Source: the human T2T-CHM13v2.0 reference genome, Homo sapiens
Length of the DNA stretch: 64,000 nucleotides
Reading direction: 5' to 3' (one strand)
Assembly (NCBI RefSeq): GCF_009914755.1
Contig: NC_060930.1
The notes beneath the pieces are model-generated. The model worked only from the letters and a program-made list of their open reading frames with translations, did no database searches and was not told the DNA's origin. The number at the start of each line of letters is the position of its first letter. Within the stretch, counting starts at the first letter, position 1. The position numbers and the translations under genes are program-made. Positions 40,114 through 53,764 of the stretch are shown here, piece by piece.

Positions 40114-41109
40114 GGTTTGTTAAAGATCTCATGATTGTAGATGTGTGGCGTTATTTCTGAGGCCTCTGTTCTGTTCCATTGGTCTCTATATCTGTTTTGG
40201 TACCAGTACCATGCTGTTTTGTTTACTGTAGCCTTGTAGTATAGTTTGAAGTCAGGTCACGTGATGCCTCCAGTTTTGTTCTTTTTGCTTAGGATTGTCT
40301 TGGCTATATGGGCTCTTTTTGGTTCCATATGAAATTTAAAGTAGTTTTTTTTTCTAATTCTGTGAAGAAAGTCAATGGTAGCTTCATGGGGATAGCATTG
40401 AATCTATAAATTACTTTGGACAGTATGGCCATTTTCACAATATTGATTCTTCCTATCCATGAGCGTGTACTGTTTTTCCATTTGATTATGTCCTCTCTTA
40501 TTTTCTTGAGCAGTGGTTTGTAGTTCTCCTTAACAAGGTCCTTCACATCCCTTATAAACAGAAATACCATTTGACCCAGCAATCCCATTGCAAGGTATAT
40601 ACCCAAAGGATTATAAATATTTCTACTATAAAGACACATGCACATGTATGTTTATTGCAGCACTGTTCTCAATAGCAAAGACTTGGAACCAACCCAAATG
40701 CTGATCAATGGTAGACTGGATAAAGACAATGTGGCACATACACACCATGGAATACTATGCAGCCATAAAAACGGATGAATTCATGTCCTTTGCAGGGACA
40801 TGGATGAAGCTAGAAACCATCATTCTCAGCAAACTAACACAGGAACAGAAAACCAAACACCACATGTTCGCACTCATAAGTGGGAGTCGAACAATGAGAA
40901 CACATGGACAAGGAAGGGAAACATCACACACTGGGGCCTGTCAGTGGGTGGGGGCTAGATGAGGGACAGCATTAGGAGAAATACCTAATGTAGATGACAG
41001 GTTGATGGGTGCAGCAAACCACCATGGCACATGTATACCTATGTAACAAACCTGCAGGTTCTGCACATGTATCCCAGGACTTAAAGTAAAGTTAAAAAAA
41101 AAAAAAAAA
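40114..41109 (+). mobile_element. 5'-truncated, 5'-inverted L1PA (L1PA7/8-like)
   Basis: Antisense ORF2 at 40114 to about 40557, then the sense 3' end to a poly(A) at 41109. Perfect 17-bp TSD AAGAAATTCCTTTGACA at 40097-40113 and 41110-41126, at a TT/AAGA endonuclease site. Confidence 0.96.
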
Positions 41110-43319
41110 AAGAAATTCCTTTGACAAGGAACCTCAATTTCTTTGTCTATGTAAGATTGTGCTATAGAAACTACATGGCCACCTCCATTTCTAAATTGTT
41201 AGAATGCTGTCAACCTGTAAACATCATGGCATTAAGAGAGCATTTGCCTAACTGTGAAAGGGTTGTATGGAAAAATAATAATATATTGCATCAATAGTTA
41301 GAAAGTTTTAACTTTTAGAAAATGATTTTATGAAATTAGCCTGTGTAACTTCATAAATAGATGAGTTAATGAAATTCTAAACATGTGAATGTTTGCTAAA
41401 AATAAAAATATTTTATCCCCTTTCCACTTTAGGAAAAAATATATTAAATATAAAAACAAACTCACATGTATCAATATTTTTTTAAATCATTAACCATCCT
41501 TCTTTCATAGGTTTAAAATCTTTATTGAAGGGATCACTGTAATGTTTTACACACAACGTTTGGCTGATAGTAACTGGCAATTGGATTTAGAATCCCAATT
41601 CAAGCACAAATCCCTGGATGTCACAGGGGAACCTTGATCCTTGATCTAAGGCAAATAAGTTCTTCTCCAAGTTTTATAAAAGAGGATCACTTATAGCCAA
41701 CCATGACATTATAACTCTCATGGCATGGTGCTTAGTGAGAGAACAAGCTACTCTAAGTAGCAAAGCATTGAAAACTGAAGAGCCTCCTGTAAAATGTAAG
41801 CTACTTTTAGCATGCAGTCATAGGGAGCTGGATTTTATTTTTTTAATTCAGTAATTCAGCTTTCAAATGATAGTGTTCAGTTGTTATAAAGGTCACCTGC
41901 CCTTGGCCTCATTTCAGCTTAATTGGGACAGGTTAATCTTCTTTTCTGTTGTTCTTTCAATTTGGAATGAAACTGGGATCTCTATTAGTACTGCTCATCC
42001 ATCAAATCCTATGACCTTGAAAGAAGGCAGCAGCCCTTCTTCTCAGGAGAGAGTCTGAAGATGAGAATTAAAATAGGTCTTCTCAGTGGAGACCCACGGC
42101 AACATGTAATAAGACATGTAAAAAAAGACTCTATCACTGCAGGCATCCTGTAACATTTCTCCAAGTTACATATGGAGTCAAAAAGAGAATTTATTTAAGC
42201 TCAGAGTAAAAAAAGAAAAAAAAAAAAGAAATCAGGAAAATATGTTAAATTCTTCTAAAAATCAACTAAAATTGTCTATGAAAATGTTCAATGGACGTAG
42301 ATTTTAAAATATGTTTTCTTTCCAATTATGAAACTTTCCAGGTATGAAAGTTTTAACTTTCTCGCTAGAAATATTTCCAAAAAAAGGAAGAGTAGTTATA
42401 TTAGCAAAAGGTGTGGATAATAATGCCCTTTTCATAATTATAAAAAATATTTTTGTTTAAACAATGAGAAGACTTGTTGAAGTAACCGTAGGATAGGCTG
42501 CTTGTATGATAATAAACACAAAGTGAGGATGAATATATAAAGATCACTATTATAACAGCAATACTTCATACATGAGTCAATGTTTATTTTGCTATGTTTG
42601 GTTATTGAGGAAAATTGCCATGATCCCAGACCACTATGGAAAGTTTATAAAAACAAGGTGTAATGCTTCCTTTTAACTTCACAATAAGCAACCTATGTAA
42701 GAACACATACCGAACACCAAGTAAATTACCACTCTTCTTCTAGAATTATCCAAGAAAACAACATCAGGAAGAAAAATTAGTTTGATGCATGTAAGACTGA
42801 AGAGCTTTTCACATGATATAGGACTACAAACATTAAATAGTCTGAAAAAATGTTGAATTCATTATAATTAAAGACCATTATCTGAAAATGAAAGAAAAGA
42901 CTTCACTACAGTTACATGTTTTACATGCTTCATTTTCCATGTGATTTCATGCTTGTAAAGCCACCCAGAAGGATCCCTACATCTCCAAGTTCAGTGCTGT
43001 GTTCTGTTTATAAGTTGCTCTATTTACAAGGAAAACTCAGAGAAGGCTCTCCAAAAGTGATTCAAAGTCTAGGGCAATTTAATGATCATTCATCGAAAGT
43101 TGTTATCTTTACATTAATATTTAGATAGCCAATCTTATCCAACCTGATATTTTATTAAGTATAAAATTATCTGTGACAAACAAGTATATCCTTAACATCT
43201 GGTACAAATAAAACATCAAAAGGATAATGATTATAATATTTCATGTTTTATTCATTTTTAAAGAAAATGTTTACTTTGAAAATATTATTATAAATTTAAT
43301 TGATCAAAGCTCAGGCTGA

Positions 43320-43535
43320 GCCAACTGAAAAAGAATTTATATTCCAATTTTATGTCCTACTAGTTGGTGGCCTTAGATAAATTATTTAACTTATTTAAAT
43401 TTCAGTTTCTTCAAGTATATGTTTGGGGTAATAGAACTCACATCATTAGATCATTGTAAGACTAAATGAGAAATTTATACTTGGTTGAAGTGAATAACAA
43501 GGTGCTACTTCCATGATAGATGCTTGATAAATATA
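43320..43535 (+). mobile_element. MIR remnant
   Basis: ccttagataaattatttaac, tcagtttcttca and tgtaagactaaatgaga. Confidence 0.65.
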
Positions 43536-43665
43536 ATTTTTAATGTTTTCTGTATTATTTTGATACTTTCATGGAATAACATGGGTATATCTTATTATGA
43601 ATCTAATGTACAGATTTTACATCTTCCAATATTGATAAAGTGAGCAACCTATTTAATATTCTTTA

Positions 43666-43705
43666 AAATTTTCAAGATAATTTAGAAATTTTCAAGATAA
43701 GTTAG
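43666..43705. repeat. 20-bp tandem duplication
   Basis: AAATTTTCAAGATAA(T/G)TTAG twice. Confidence 0.9.
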
Positions 43706-44484
43706 ACCAGGGTGATACACTTATATTGGAGGCAATCTCATAGCCCAGGTCCGTTAAAATGTCAATGTCAACCAAAGAAAATGTAAGAATAGCAAAATCC
43801 TGAAATCTTGATTATATACCCCATCCTTTCTCCTTTTCCTTTCACCATCATAGCAATCTCTGCTAGTTGGCGAATCTTCTAAATCAAGATTTCAAGGCAG
43901 AGTTTATAGGGTTTTGTTCCACAGGTACAGTTCTCTAAATTTATGATGAAATATAATGGGAAAAAGTGGCTTTACCTAAATTGTTTTAGTTCAGATTGCA
44001 TAAAATTTCGATTACACATGGTTATTACTCAGCCCTCTTTATGTGTATATGCTCATAGGATGCACATATATTTAGACTTTTGCTCTATTGACTTCATAAT
44101 TGAAAGAAAAGAAAAAATATAATGGATCTATTAATTATTTACATATTACATTTAATTCTACCAGATGCTGAAAAGAGCAAAAGAAACACTGATCGATGAA
44201 ACTTATATATGGGCCAAGTTGCTGTTGCAGAGTGGAGCTTGCAACTTGAGGCAGAGTACAGTTGTGTTGTAGAAAACAAATACACTAACATTTTGAACCA
44301 AACTCAAAATGTGCCTAGAAAATTCTATAACATAGGATCAGGTAGTTTAAGTAAAGTTCCTGTGAAAGGTGGCATATGTTTTCTTGGATAGTTTAGTTTT
44401 TATCTTTTAAGTATATTAAAGCTCAAGATAAAGCTTTGTCTACCTTACAACATTGCTCTAATCTACTTATATCAATTCTGCCCT

Positions 44485-44581
44485 TTGGGGACACCCACAC
44501 ACTGTGTAACTCCAGAGACCCATATTCCCAGAGAACACCATGTGAATGGTGCCCCTGGAATTGCTCGTTGCAGTAGCCCTG
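44485..44581. mobile_element. MER91-like hAT-Tip100 MITE remnant
   Basis: Palindromic core aactccag...atgtgaatggtgcccctggaattg and terminal gcagtagccctg. Confidence 0.55.
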
Positions 44582-45469
44582 CTGCTGATCTGGGTGCTCT
44601 GAATAACTTGATTGAATCTTTTCCATGATTTTAGTAGTTTATCAGAGTGACTGTTGCTTACAAAGTATTCCCTTAGGTGATTTCTTTCTTTCCTTTTTCT
44701 TTTTGATGGAGCAGTGTGCAGTTATGGTGTTACAAAGTTATAACATTGTGGCAATAAATTTTAGAGCAAACGATAAAATAAGATAAAACTCAACTAGCCT
44801 TATGAAAAATAATTCTGCTCAGCAGGGTTTCTTTTTCAGGATAGTCAAGATTTTTCTTGGTAAAATGCATATATTAATGGACCATGGTCAATATAATTAT
44901 ATGACTCAATCTGTACATGTTCAGGAAATGAAAAATACTCTCTCTGTTTCTAATTCAAGCCATTTTTATTCAGTGTTATCCTGATAATCATTGCAAATAA
45001 CAAAGGTCTATTATGGTCCTTTTTTATTTTGCTAATGTAAACAACAATCATATAAAGCTATGTAGCTACTTATGAATGCATTTAAACTGGAACTGTTTCA
45101 TTTAAAAACAGAAAATTCACACTCCATCTAAACTCCCTATAGGACTCATAGGATTCCTCTTATAGATCTCATATATTGATCAGTTTCACTGGGACAGTTT
45201 TTCACAGTAAAAATCCCAGAGATCCACAATAAAGTGTAGGCTTCAAAGAGGGATGACATGTATTTTCCATCCCTTAGTTGTGGACCCTGCACTGGCCTGG
45301 AATTACATGCTAATTAGATGTTCTTCTCCCCGTCACCTCTTCTTATCTTCCTGAAGACCATAACCACACTGCATGCCCCTGAGAATAAGAGACTTCTTTG
45401 TGCTTCACTTACTTCACCCTGATCCAAGTCCTAATGGTGCAAGGATTACTCTGGAGTTACAGTTTGAGA

Positions 45470-45930
45470 TGCTCAGGGAAATTAGGAAAGGATTCACTGG
45501 GAAAGCAAAACATAAGTTCTGAAGAATGAATCAAAGTTAGCAAGATGGGGGCAGGTCATGAGTGAGGGTGGTGGATGCTGTTCCTAGTAGAAAAACAGCA
45601 GGTGTAAAGGTCCATTGATGGCAGCTAGTGTGACAAGGATGAGGAACCAAGACCAGGCCACCGTGGCTGCAGCTCAGAACATCAAAGGGTGCTGGTGAGA
45701 GACGAGGCAGGAGAAGACTGCAGGAGCCTGGCCAGGCAGAGCTGTGGAAGCCTCATAAGGGATTTTAATTTCTATATTAACTCAAGATAAATAATTCAAG
45801 CAGGGTGGTGACATGATCAGCTCTGTCTTTTGAAAGGAACAGTGGAGCAGCAGTGTGGAGGAATGATGGGAGTGCTTTCCAATCAGGTGGCTTTGCAGAA
45901 GACTAGACAAGATGATGATGAAGGTGAAAA
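45470..45930 (-). mobile_element. L2 internal remnant
   Basis: aacagcaggtgtaaaggtcc, aggccaccgtggctgcagc and aagcagggtggtgacatgatcag. Confidence 0.7.
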
Positions 45931-46370
45931 CAGATGAGTGAGGTGTCAGGAATAACTTGCAGGTTTTATTATGATTATAATTAGGAGAGACAATTAGGTG
46001 AATGTATTGAACACACAGCACACATGCACACACACATACAAAGAAATAGTAAATCAGAGAAATAGTAAATCTTTTCTCTGATCATCCAGATGATTACTGG
46101 GCTTGTAATTAGGGGAATTAGGGAGATTTGGGGAATCCCAGCTTTAAAAGATAATAAAGGTGTTCTGCAAGCCATATAGCAAATGATCTCATATATGAAA
46201 TTGTTAGGATAATATTAGACTAATGGGGAGATAGATGAATTGAGTTATAGCAAAAAAACAAGAACAGAAACAAAACTTATCTTTCAAGTAAGTCAATTTA
46301 AACTTACTCTTTTAGCTTTGCTAAACTTATGTTTTTCTTTTTATTAATATTAGCTCTTCTGTATTTAAAA

Positions 46371-46592
46371 CTGAGGCTGGTGAACTACAGCTTAAGGGTC
46401 AAATCTGGTTCTCAGTCAGTTTTGTAGATAAAGTTTTATTGAGACACAGCCACAACCCTTTATTTACCTGTTGTCTATGGCTTCCCTTTGGCTACAAGCC
46501 CAGAGTGGAATCCTTGCAACAACAGCTGTATGCCCTGCAAAGCCTGATGTATTTACTAGTTGGCCTCAACAGAAAAAGTTTGCCAACTCCTG
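46371..46592 (+). mobile_element. MER58A (hAT-Charlie MITE)
   Basis: ataaagttttattgagacacagccac and cagaaaaagtttgccaactcctg. Confidence 0.85.
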
Positions 46593-47714
46593 GGTTGAAG
46601 GATTTTTGCTTTCCTTGCTTTTATTCTCCTCTGCTAAATGTTGGTTGATAAGGTCATTTATATCCTTCCTTTCAAATAAATTTTGATATATTTTGTTTTT
46701 GGAATTTGATCTTTTGTATGGGGCCTCAAAACATGAAATTCTAAATACATAATAAAAATTTTTAAATATGATATATTCTCCCATATATTATTTTCTTGTT
46801 TCTTTAGAACAAATATGATTTTATATCTAATTTTGGGGGCCCTAAAATAATCACTCCAGTCAACCATTCTTACCATTTTGCTTTTGGGATTTTACTCTTT
46901 TTCTGATACATATCTCATTAGTAAATCTCTGGCATATTCAAAGACAGACATAGTCTCAAGATGATTACATATATAACTTGCAATTTTTATTGCACGCATT
47001 CCATTTCAGTACATCAGCTGCTTTATTAAAATATTTGGAAAATACATTAAGTACTGTGTCTAAATGCCTTACTGAAAGAATAAATCTAAAGGCTTCAGCT
47101 TAAAGGTTATAAAGCACTGACATGACGTGGTTGGAGCCTACTTTTCTATACAACATAATCTAATAGTCTGTAGATGCAAAGATACTCAATGAGAAGTTCT
47201 TTTAATTAAGTACATTTAGACCTAGATAAACTCATATGTATGTTTTCTATCATATTTGTTTTTACGTATTATTTTTTATGCCATTAATTGTATAAGTTAA
47301 TGGTGACTTAATATAGGAGAAAATAATCAAAATGAAATACTACTTTATTTACATTTTTGAGAATTTTTAATGGATAATTATAGTTATTATTGTTCCATTC
47401 TTCTTCCTTCCTTGAATCTTTTTAATGAGCAAATAGTTATTAAAGTATGTTTTTTCTGAGTGGAATGATCAGTAGACAACAAGGATCCCCAGTTTCTTTT
47501 CATCATTTTGATATATTTAGAGCACCTAAATGAATAGGAAATTATAGGTATTGTCTACCCAGCCATTGTCACATTTTATTAAATTAAATCTTATACATTT
47601 TACTGATAACATCAAAATATCTGTAACACACACCTAAGAATCCCTTAAGCTGTGAAAATGAAGGCCTTGCTGAAAGGATACATTAGATGAATTTTTGGAA
47701 AAATATCTAAGTGG

Positions 47715-48235
47715 TTTTATTCATTTACAAATGATTTGTTTAGCATCTATTTTGAATAAGGTGCAGTGGTCATATCCAAAAAATATAAATGAAGAGTTAC
47801 AATCCTATACTCAAGCACCACATAGTATATAGAGAGCAAATAACTGATGCTTAAGAATTATTTATAGGATAAATACGAACAATTACAACACAGAATGCTA
47901 CATAGTCATCTGTACATAAGCCATCTGCTTGTGGTAGGTACACAGGCCTTTGGGAGCACACATAGAACAAGAGCATCTCACCAGGAAATGGGGAGGAAGA
48001 ATTTCAGGACCTGAGACTTGATGAGTCAGAGGAAGCTTTTCATGCAGACACAGAATGGGTTCGAGCATCGTGATTAGCATAAACAATGATACACGCTTGA
48101 ACAAACGTAAAGGTTTGGGAAATAACATTTAACGTGTGATTATTGTGAGAAAGGAGAAGAAAGGAGAGAGTAGGCAGATAAAAAAAAAAAGACCAGATTA
48201 TGAAGGACCTTGTATTACTTTTTAAGGAGATTTTT
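47715..48235 (-). mobile_element. L2 remnant
   Basis: attcatttacaaatgatttgtttagcatcta and ccagattatgaaggaccttgt. Confidence 0.55.
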
Positions 48236-49567
48236 TAGATAGTGTAGTATTTTTTATTTTTAGTCTAGTAGATGTACATAATTCTAAATATATATACACA
48301 TACATATATATGTTTATTTTTTATGTAAAGAAAGAGAATGTGTGTGCTATCTAGATATATAAATAAAATGCATTGAGGTGGAGCTATGTGGTAAATTGGG
48401 AGAGTTTGGCTTAGAATTTCATACTCTCTGCCTCCTCTCGCTGGAGAATAGCAGGACTCACCAGTGATTATACATCCAACCAGACAGGTTCTGCAGAAGG
48501 ATAGAAGCTTTCTGTTAGAGAACCCACAAAGGAAAGCGCCCAAATTTAATGTAATGCTTTTAAAACAATTAATTTGTTAGCATAGGATGATGAAAACAAT
48601 TTGTACTAAAAAGGACCAGGGATTAATGATTAATGACTGTTCAGTTTTCTTTTTGCAGGCAATCTTTCTAAAACACTTACATTGGAACCTGTTCCAACAA
48701 TGCTCATTGTAAGTCTAGGGCTTCATTATGGGAGATGAGAGTTGACCAGGAAGGTGAGGTGGCCAGGCTTCTGTAATTGCACTTTCCTTAGATAAAACAG
48801 ATAAAAGTTCTTACAAAGACTGAATTTGAAATAAGGTACCCCTTTACTTTAAAATTTGAAAAACATTGCACTACTTAATAAGATATACAGATTGTGTTTT
48901 TTTAATTCAAGAACATTTATGGCTTTGTGATTTATTTCATTCGTTGTAGTAACTAGTATTTTTTTCCTTTGAGGTTTATGTAGGCAAAGTCTTACAAAAA
49001 TTATCTTACTTGTTGGCACTTTTTTAGTATAAGATTGTTTCCTTACATAGCTGTTTTACAAATGCACAATACTAAATAAAACATACAAAATGCTGTTGAA
49101 AATGCCATGACAATTTTATGCTCTTCTATATGCTCCATTGCTAAGGAATTAGATGGCTCTTCATAAAAAGAGACTCTCTGTAGACTTCGAATCTAAGGCT
49201 GTATGACTTCTAAAATGCTGATTCACCATCATCTCACATACAATAATTCATCTGGAACCCATTGAGTGCACTGGTTTCACATCAGTTCAGTTAAGCCATG
49301 CGTCAAAACCTTGGAAAAAGTAAAACAAAACAGAAAGTCCTCAAGACAGTGTGCAAACAACTGCTAAAGCAGAAATTGTATGCAAAAATAAAAGAATATT
49401 ATTCAGGTGCTGCTAACCAATAATTGATCGTTTCAGCCACATGTATGTATATGAGTTAACTTCAAAATCAGCATTATCTTCTTCTATACAAAATACAGTT
49501 GCATATCAGTGGAAGCCAAAGCACAATGTCAGTAAATATTTATGCTTCAGATTTTCTTAGGACTGTA

Positions 49568-49633
49568 TTTTTTTTTTTAAGAGACAGGTTTCTCGCTCTA
49601 TCGCCCAGGCTAGCGTGCAGTGGTATGATCATA
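49568..49633 (-). mobile_element. Severely 5'-truncated Alu 3' end (J/FAM-type)
   Basis: T11 followed by agagacaggtttctcgctctatcgcccaggctagcgtgcagtggtatgatcata. Confidence 0.8.
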
Positions 49634-50248
49634 ATCTTTAGAGCTCTATTTAAAGGAAAAAAGAATACACCTTTTCAAGGTGGAATCTGCCAAATTTCAT
49701 CATCTTAAAGGGGCTTTTCCCCTTTGTAAGTGACATTAAGTTTTTTATCACAAAGAAGGAAAAGGAAAGATGTAAGAAATTGGTCAAAATCAGCACAGAT
49801 CATGTTAAAACAAACACCCTCTGAGTTTGCTTCTGTTGGGATTTGGCTATAGTCTCCATGAACATGCTGTACAAGCTTCTTAATATGTCTCATTTGGAAG
49901 AACAAAGTGATTCTTCAAACGGAACCACTTTCTGCACTTTAAGTATTACTGGTAGTTGTGCTCAGGATACCTGTTGTAGTAGTGTGTATGTGCACACACA
50001 CAAGCACACACCCTTTACATACGCATACATACTTTCAATTAAAAATGCAAAAACCAAATATTTTAAAGATCACCATGACTAGCACATACTAAGTTTTAAA
50101 TATTTGTCAAATTTTGTAGGCATAGAAATATTTTTTATATAAATTTTGTCAGTAACTATGCCTAAGCTAGTATTAGAAGCAATAGAACTATTTTGAGCTC
50201 TCTATGATATATACTTCTGTACCCTGTCTAGAAGATTATCTTACCCCT

Positions 50249-50476
50249 GTATATATATATACACACATATTAGATATATACATATATATTTTACATACAT
50301 ATATAATATATACATATATATTTTATATACATATATAATATATACATATATTGTATATTATATATTATATATGTATCATATTATATATTATATATGTATG
50401 CATTATATAGGTATATATCATATATACATATATATATAACGTATAGACACGCATGCATATATATATATGTATATAA
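50249..50476. repeat. (TA)-rich low-complexity repeat with an internal ~28-bp duplicated unit
   Basis: A tatattttacatacatatataatatataca-like unit is repeated. Confidence 0.9.
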
Positions 50477-51467
50477 TTTTCTCATGAGTAGATCCAGGGT
50501 TCCTTTGACTCAACCGGATATAAAGTAATGCATTGGTTCAGACTAGATCATTCTAGAGCTAAACTAAGAGGAGTTCTTTGAAAGACTTGATGGATTTCTC
50601 AAGCCATAAGAGGGCAACTGATTTTGATGAGAACAGAAAGCACCAAAATTGACAAAATAGATTTCAGTTAACATAGGCATTGATCTTTTGTGAACCTGAG
50701 CAGGGTGGCCTCGCCTTTATCTTTTCTTCTCTCATTATGAGTCATTTTTAGGACCAGGCATTTAGAGCACATATCTCTAGTTTCTGCTAAAATGAATCTA
50801 ACAGTTAACACATTGGTACTTATGCTACAGCATATTATCACCTTCTGAAATAACATAACAGTTTTTTTTAAGCTAAGCAAGATGGTTAAGCTTGAAAATT
50901 TAACAAAACCCAAAGATGGAAAATGTAAAAGACCTGTGGATTTTCTTCCATGAGTGGATATAAATGCTAATGAAATGTTCCTTAGAACACATTTAAATTA
51001 AACCATGAGCTACCTTCAATGATTATAGAAAAATTGTTCAAGAAGGATTGAAAACTTAACTGCCATTAGATAAGAAAGTTCTAAGGTGCTGATGGGCCAC
51101 ATGCACAGCTCTGTAACTAGACCGAAGGTAGTTTTCCTTTCTCTGCATATTAATAATGACAGGTGGTGCTGGAGATAATTTTAACCAGATTATGGTGAGC
51201 TGTAGTTCTGATTCAAAGGCTTTTTTCACTGCCTTACTTGAATAGAGTATGACTGAACACACTTTAAAATTTATTTCTTTCCCGAAAGCATTTGAAGATT
51301 TTTGTGAGAGAACTGATGAAGTACTTGCTTTTCTCAAAATAAATAAATAAATAAATCTTTGAAAAACTTAAAGCGCTGATTTTTAAAAGGCATCTCAGAC
51401 ATTTGTGTGGTAGCTTTTTCTAATTTCTGAATATGAAGATGCCTGTTAATAGCTTCCAAATGGCAAA

Positions 51468-51538
51468 GTGTGTGTGTATGTATGTGTGTGTGAGCGTGTG
51501 TGTGTGTGAGAGAGTGTGTGTGTGAGAGAGAGAGAGAG

Positions 51539-51576
<38 letters not shown>

Positions 51577-51593
51577 CGCGCGCGCATGCATGT
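51468..51593. repeat. Compound microsatellite (TG)n-(AG)n-(TG)n-(CG)n
   Basis: Directly visible. Confidence 0.97.
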
Positions 51594-51869
51594 AAAGGAT
51601 GCACAGGAAAATAATTTCTTATCCTTGGACTTTAAAACAAAGCCCTTCCTAATTGGCAAAATATGGAAATCGTTTTGGCCAAGAAATAAACTGTCTTTGG
51701 TGTTTACATTTTACAAGAAAATTTTTTTCTAAGCTGTGTTTTGCCTATCATCTGCCTCTTGGTCAAAGTCTGAGGCATTTGAATCTCATTCAGAAGCGTC
51801 ATTACCTCTTAAGGAGGTTTTAAATCAATCAAACCTGTTTCTTTTACTGAATTCATATGTATGTATGTG

Positions 51870-51871
<2 letters not shown>

Positions 51872-51903
<32 letters not shown>
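51872..51903. repeat. (TG)16 microsatellite
   Basis: Directly visible. Confidence 0.95.
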
Positions 51904-51905
<2 letters not shown>

Positions 51906-52164
51906 CATAAGAAAAAATATACTTTTCCAATTTTTGACAGGCATGTTTAAGGCATAGTCACATTTGCTAAAGCAATCAGAAGCAAAAAATACAATCAAAA
52001 TTCTCAGACACCAAGTTTAGAAACCAATTAAATCTAGTCAGTGTTAAGATTTCAAATTGACCCAACAAGAATTTCCTTTTCTAAAGCAATGCTAAATGTA
52101 TTGTCGTAACAAGGGAAATATACCCCATGACAGCACCAAGTCATTATTTTATTTAAAAATCATT

Positions 52165-52418
52165 TACATCTAGTTTCCTATATTCTGAGCATTTTGCAAA
52201 CGTGCACCCAATCTTTATAACAATGATGTGAGATAGGAACTGTTACTGCCCCTGTTTTATTTCTGTGATACATGTGACATTGAGGCACAGATACCCCAAG
52301 GTCCCACAGCATATGAAAGGGGTGGACCCTAGATATGAATTTAGGCAAGCTTCTGTTTACAACAATTATTTCTGACAGCATCAAAATTCATGTACTTAAC
52401 CATTATATTCAACTGCCT
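52165..52418 (-). mobile_element. MIR SINE
   Basis: tgtgagatagg, tgaggcacaga, cccaaggtcccacagc and cttaaccattatattcaactgcct. Confidence 0.75.
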
Positions 52419-53038
52419 TAATCAAAGTGTCACCCTTTGTACTGAAAGTGCTTACAAGTACAGAGCCTCAGGACTTCCAGCCACAATTAAATAATCCTGA
52501 AGAAGAAAGGTGAGAGCTATATGACTCTGCATTAATTTTTTCTGTCAGATTTCCCAAAGTACTTAAAATGCATCGCATCTCTTATAAAGCTTTTTCAAGG
52601 GGTGATGGATTTGATATAATCCTTAACCAAAGTAAGGAGAATATAAGAGCTATTGTGGGCATAAGTCTTAGTCCACAAACTCAAATGAAGTAGAAATATT
52701 CTTAAGTGCTCCGTAGCTTAATTTAGTTTCTAATGCAGAGCTTCCCTTTGTGGCCCTACACTAGGTTTCTGCTCTATCCCTAGAGTCTTCCACAGTGTCT
52801 GGACATTGGGAGGGAGAAGGGAGATGGGCCATCTGCTCTAGTCCCTGTCTCATACAAGTTGCCAATGAGATGACTAGTTCTGAATGCCTCTTCACGTCCT
52901 CTTAGCTTTCTGCTACTTTGTGTCACCTGTGAGAACCAAAAACCTTTTGCAAGGCTGCATATAATCCGTCTGCCTGGATCTACCTGTTTGGTGCTTCTCC
53001 AGTGGTGGTACTCCTGCATCAGCCCCCAGATAATAATA

Positions 53039-53314
53039 TCTCTTTCCTCCCCCTGCTGCCTTTCTCTCTTCTTCTTCCTTTTCTTCTTTTTCTTCTTCTT
53101 CTCCTCCCACTTCCTCTTATCCTTCCCCTTCTCCTTTCCCCTCCCCTCTCCCTCATCCTCTCCCTCCCCCTTCCCCCTCCCCCTCCTTCCCCCTTCCCCT
53201 TTTCCTTTCCCCCCTCCCTTCTCCTTCCCTCCTCCCTCTTCCCCTTCCCCCCTCCTCTCCATCTCTCTCTCCTCCTTCTTCTTCCTCTTCCTCTTCTTCC
53301 TCTCTCTCTCTCTC
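53039..53314. repeat. About 275-bp polypyrimidine/polypurine tract
   Basis: Almost pure C/T on the plus strand, built from CTT, CCCCTT and CT units. Confidence 0.97.
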
Positions 53315-53764
53315 AATGTTTGGGAAAGAATCCTAGCATTTTCTCCAATTATCTGGTCATAACTCCCTGTCAATGCCAATGAATATCCTTTACAAAGAAC
53401 TTCAGTGGTTAGAATACAAAATCAGAGACTCTCAGTTTATTTGGGGATTCTGTCCTGCCACACTTTTCCTTTGAAGCGACAAGCACAAAGCCAAATATCT
53501 GCTAATATTGGTGAAAGGATAAAGGAGAAATACTAACCAAGGCATACAATTTCCTCTCAAAATGGTTGCCCTTCTCTTCAAGAATGCATGAAGAACTTTT
53601 TCTCTAAGGCCAAACTATTAGACGTTAAGTTGAATGTGTTTTGTCTTAACAGATATAAGGAAAGTGCTCTGAAAAGAACAGTATTTATCTTAATATTAGT
53701 TGCACTGTCAGGTCAGAAAACAATGCTGTTTAAAAAAAGCACTGCTCTATTTATCAAGCCAAAA

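Noticed and set aside
40304-40962. ORFs with clear L1 ORF2 similarity
   Set aside because: They are fragments of a truncated, inverted L1PA. The 113-aa ORF is a chimera across the inversion junction.
52780-53382. Longest ORFs (199, 126 and 124 aa) on both strands
   Set aside because: They are low-complexity translations of the polypurine/polypyrimidine tract, which cannot contain stop codons.
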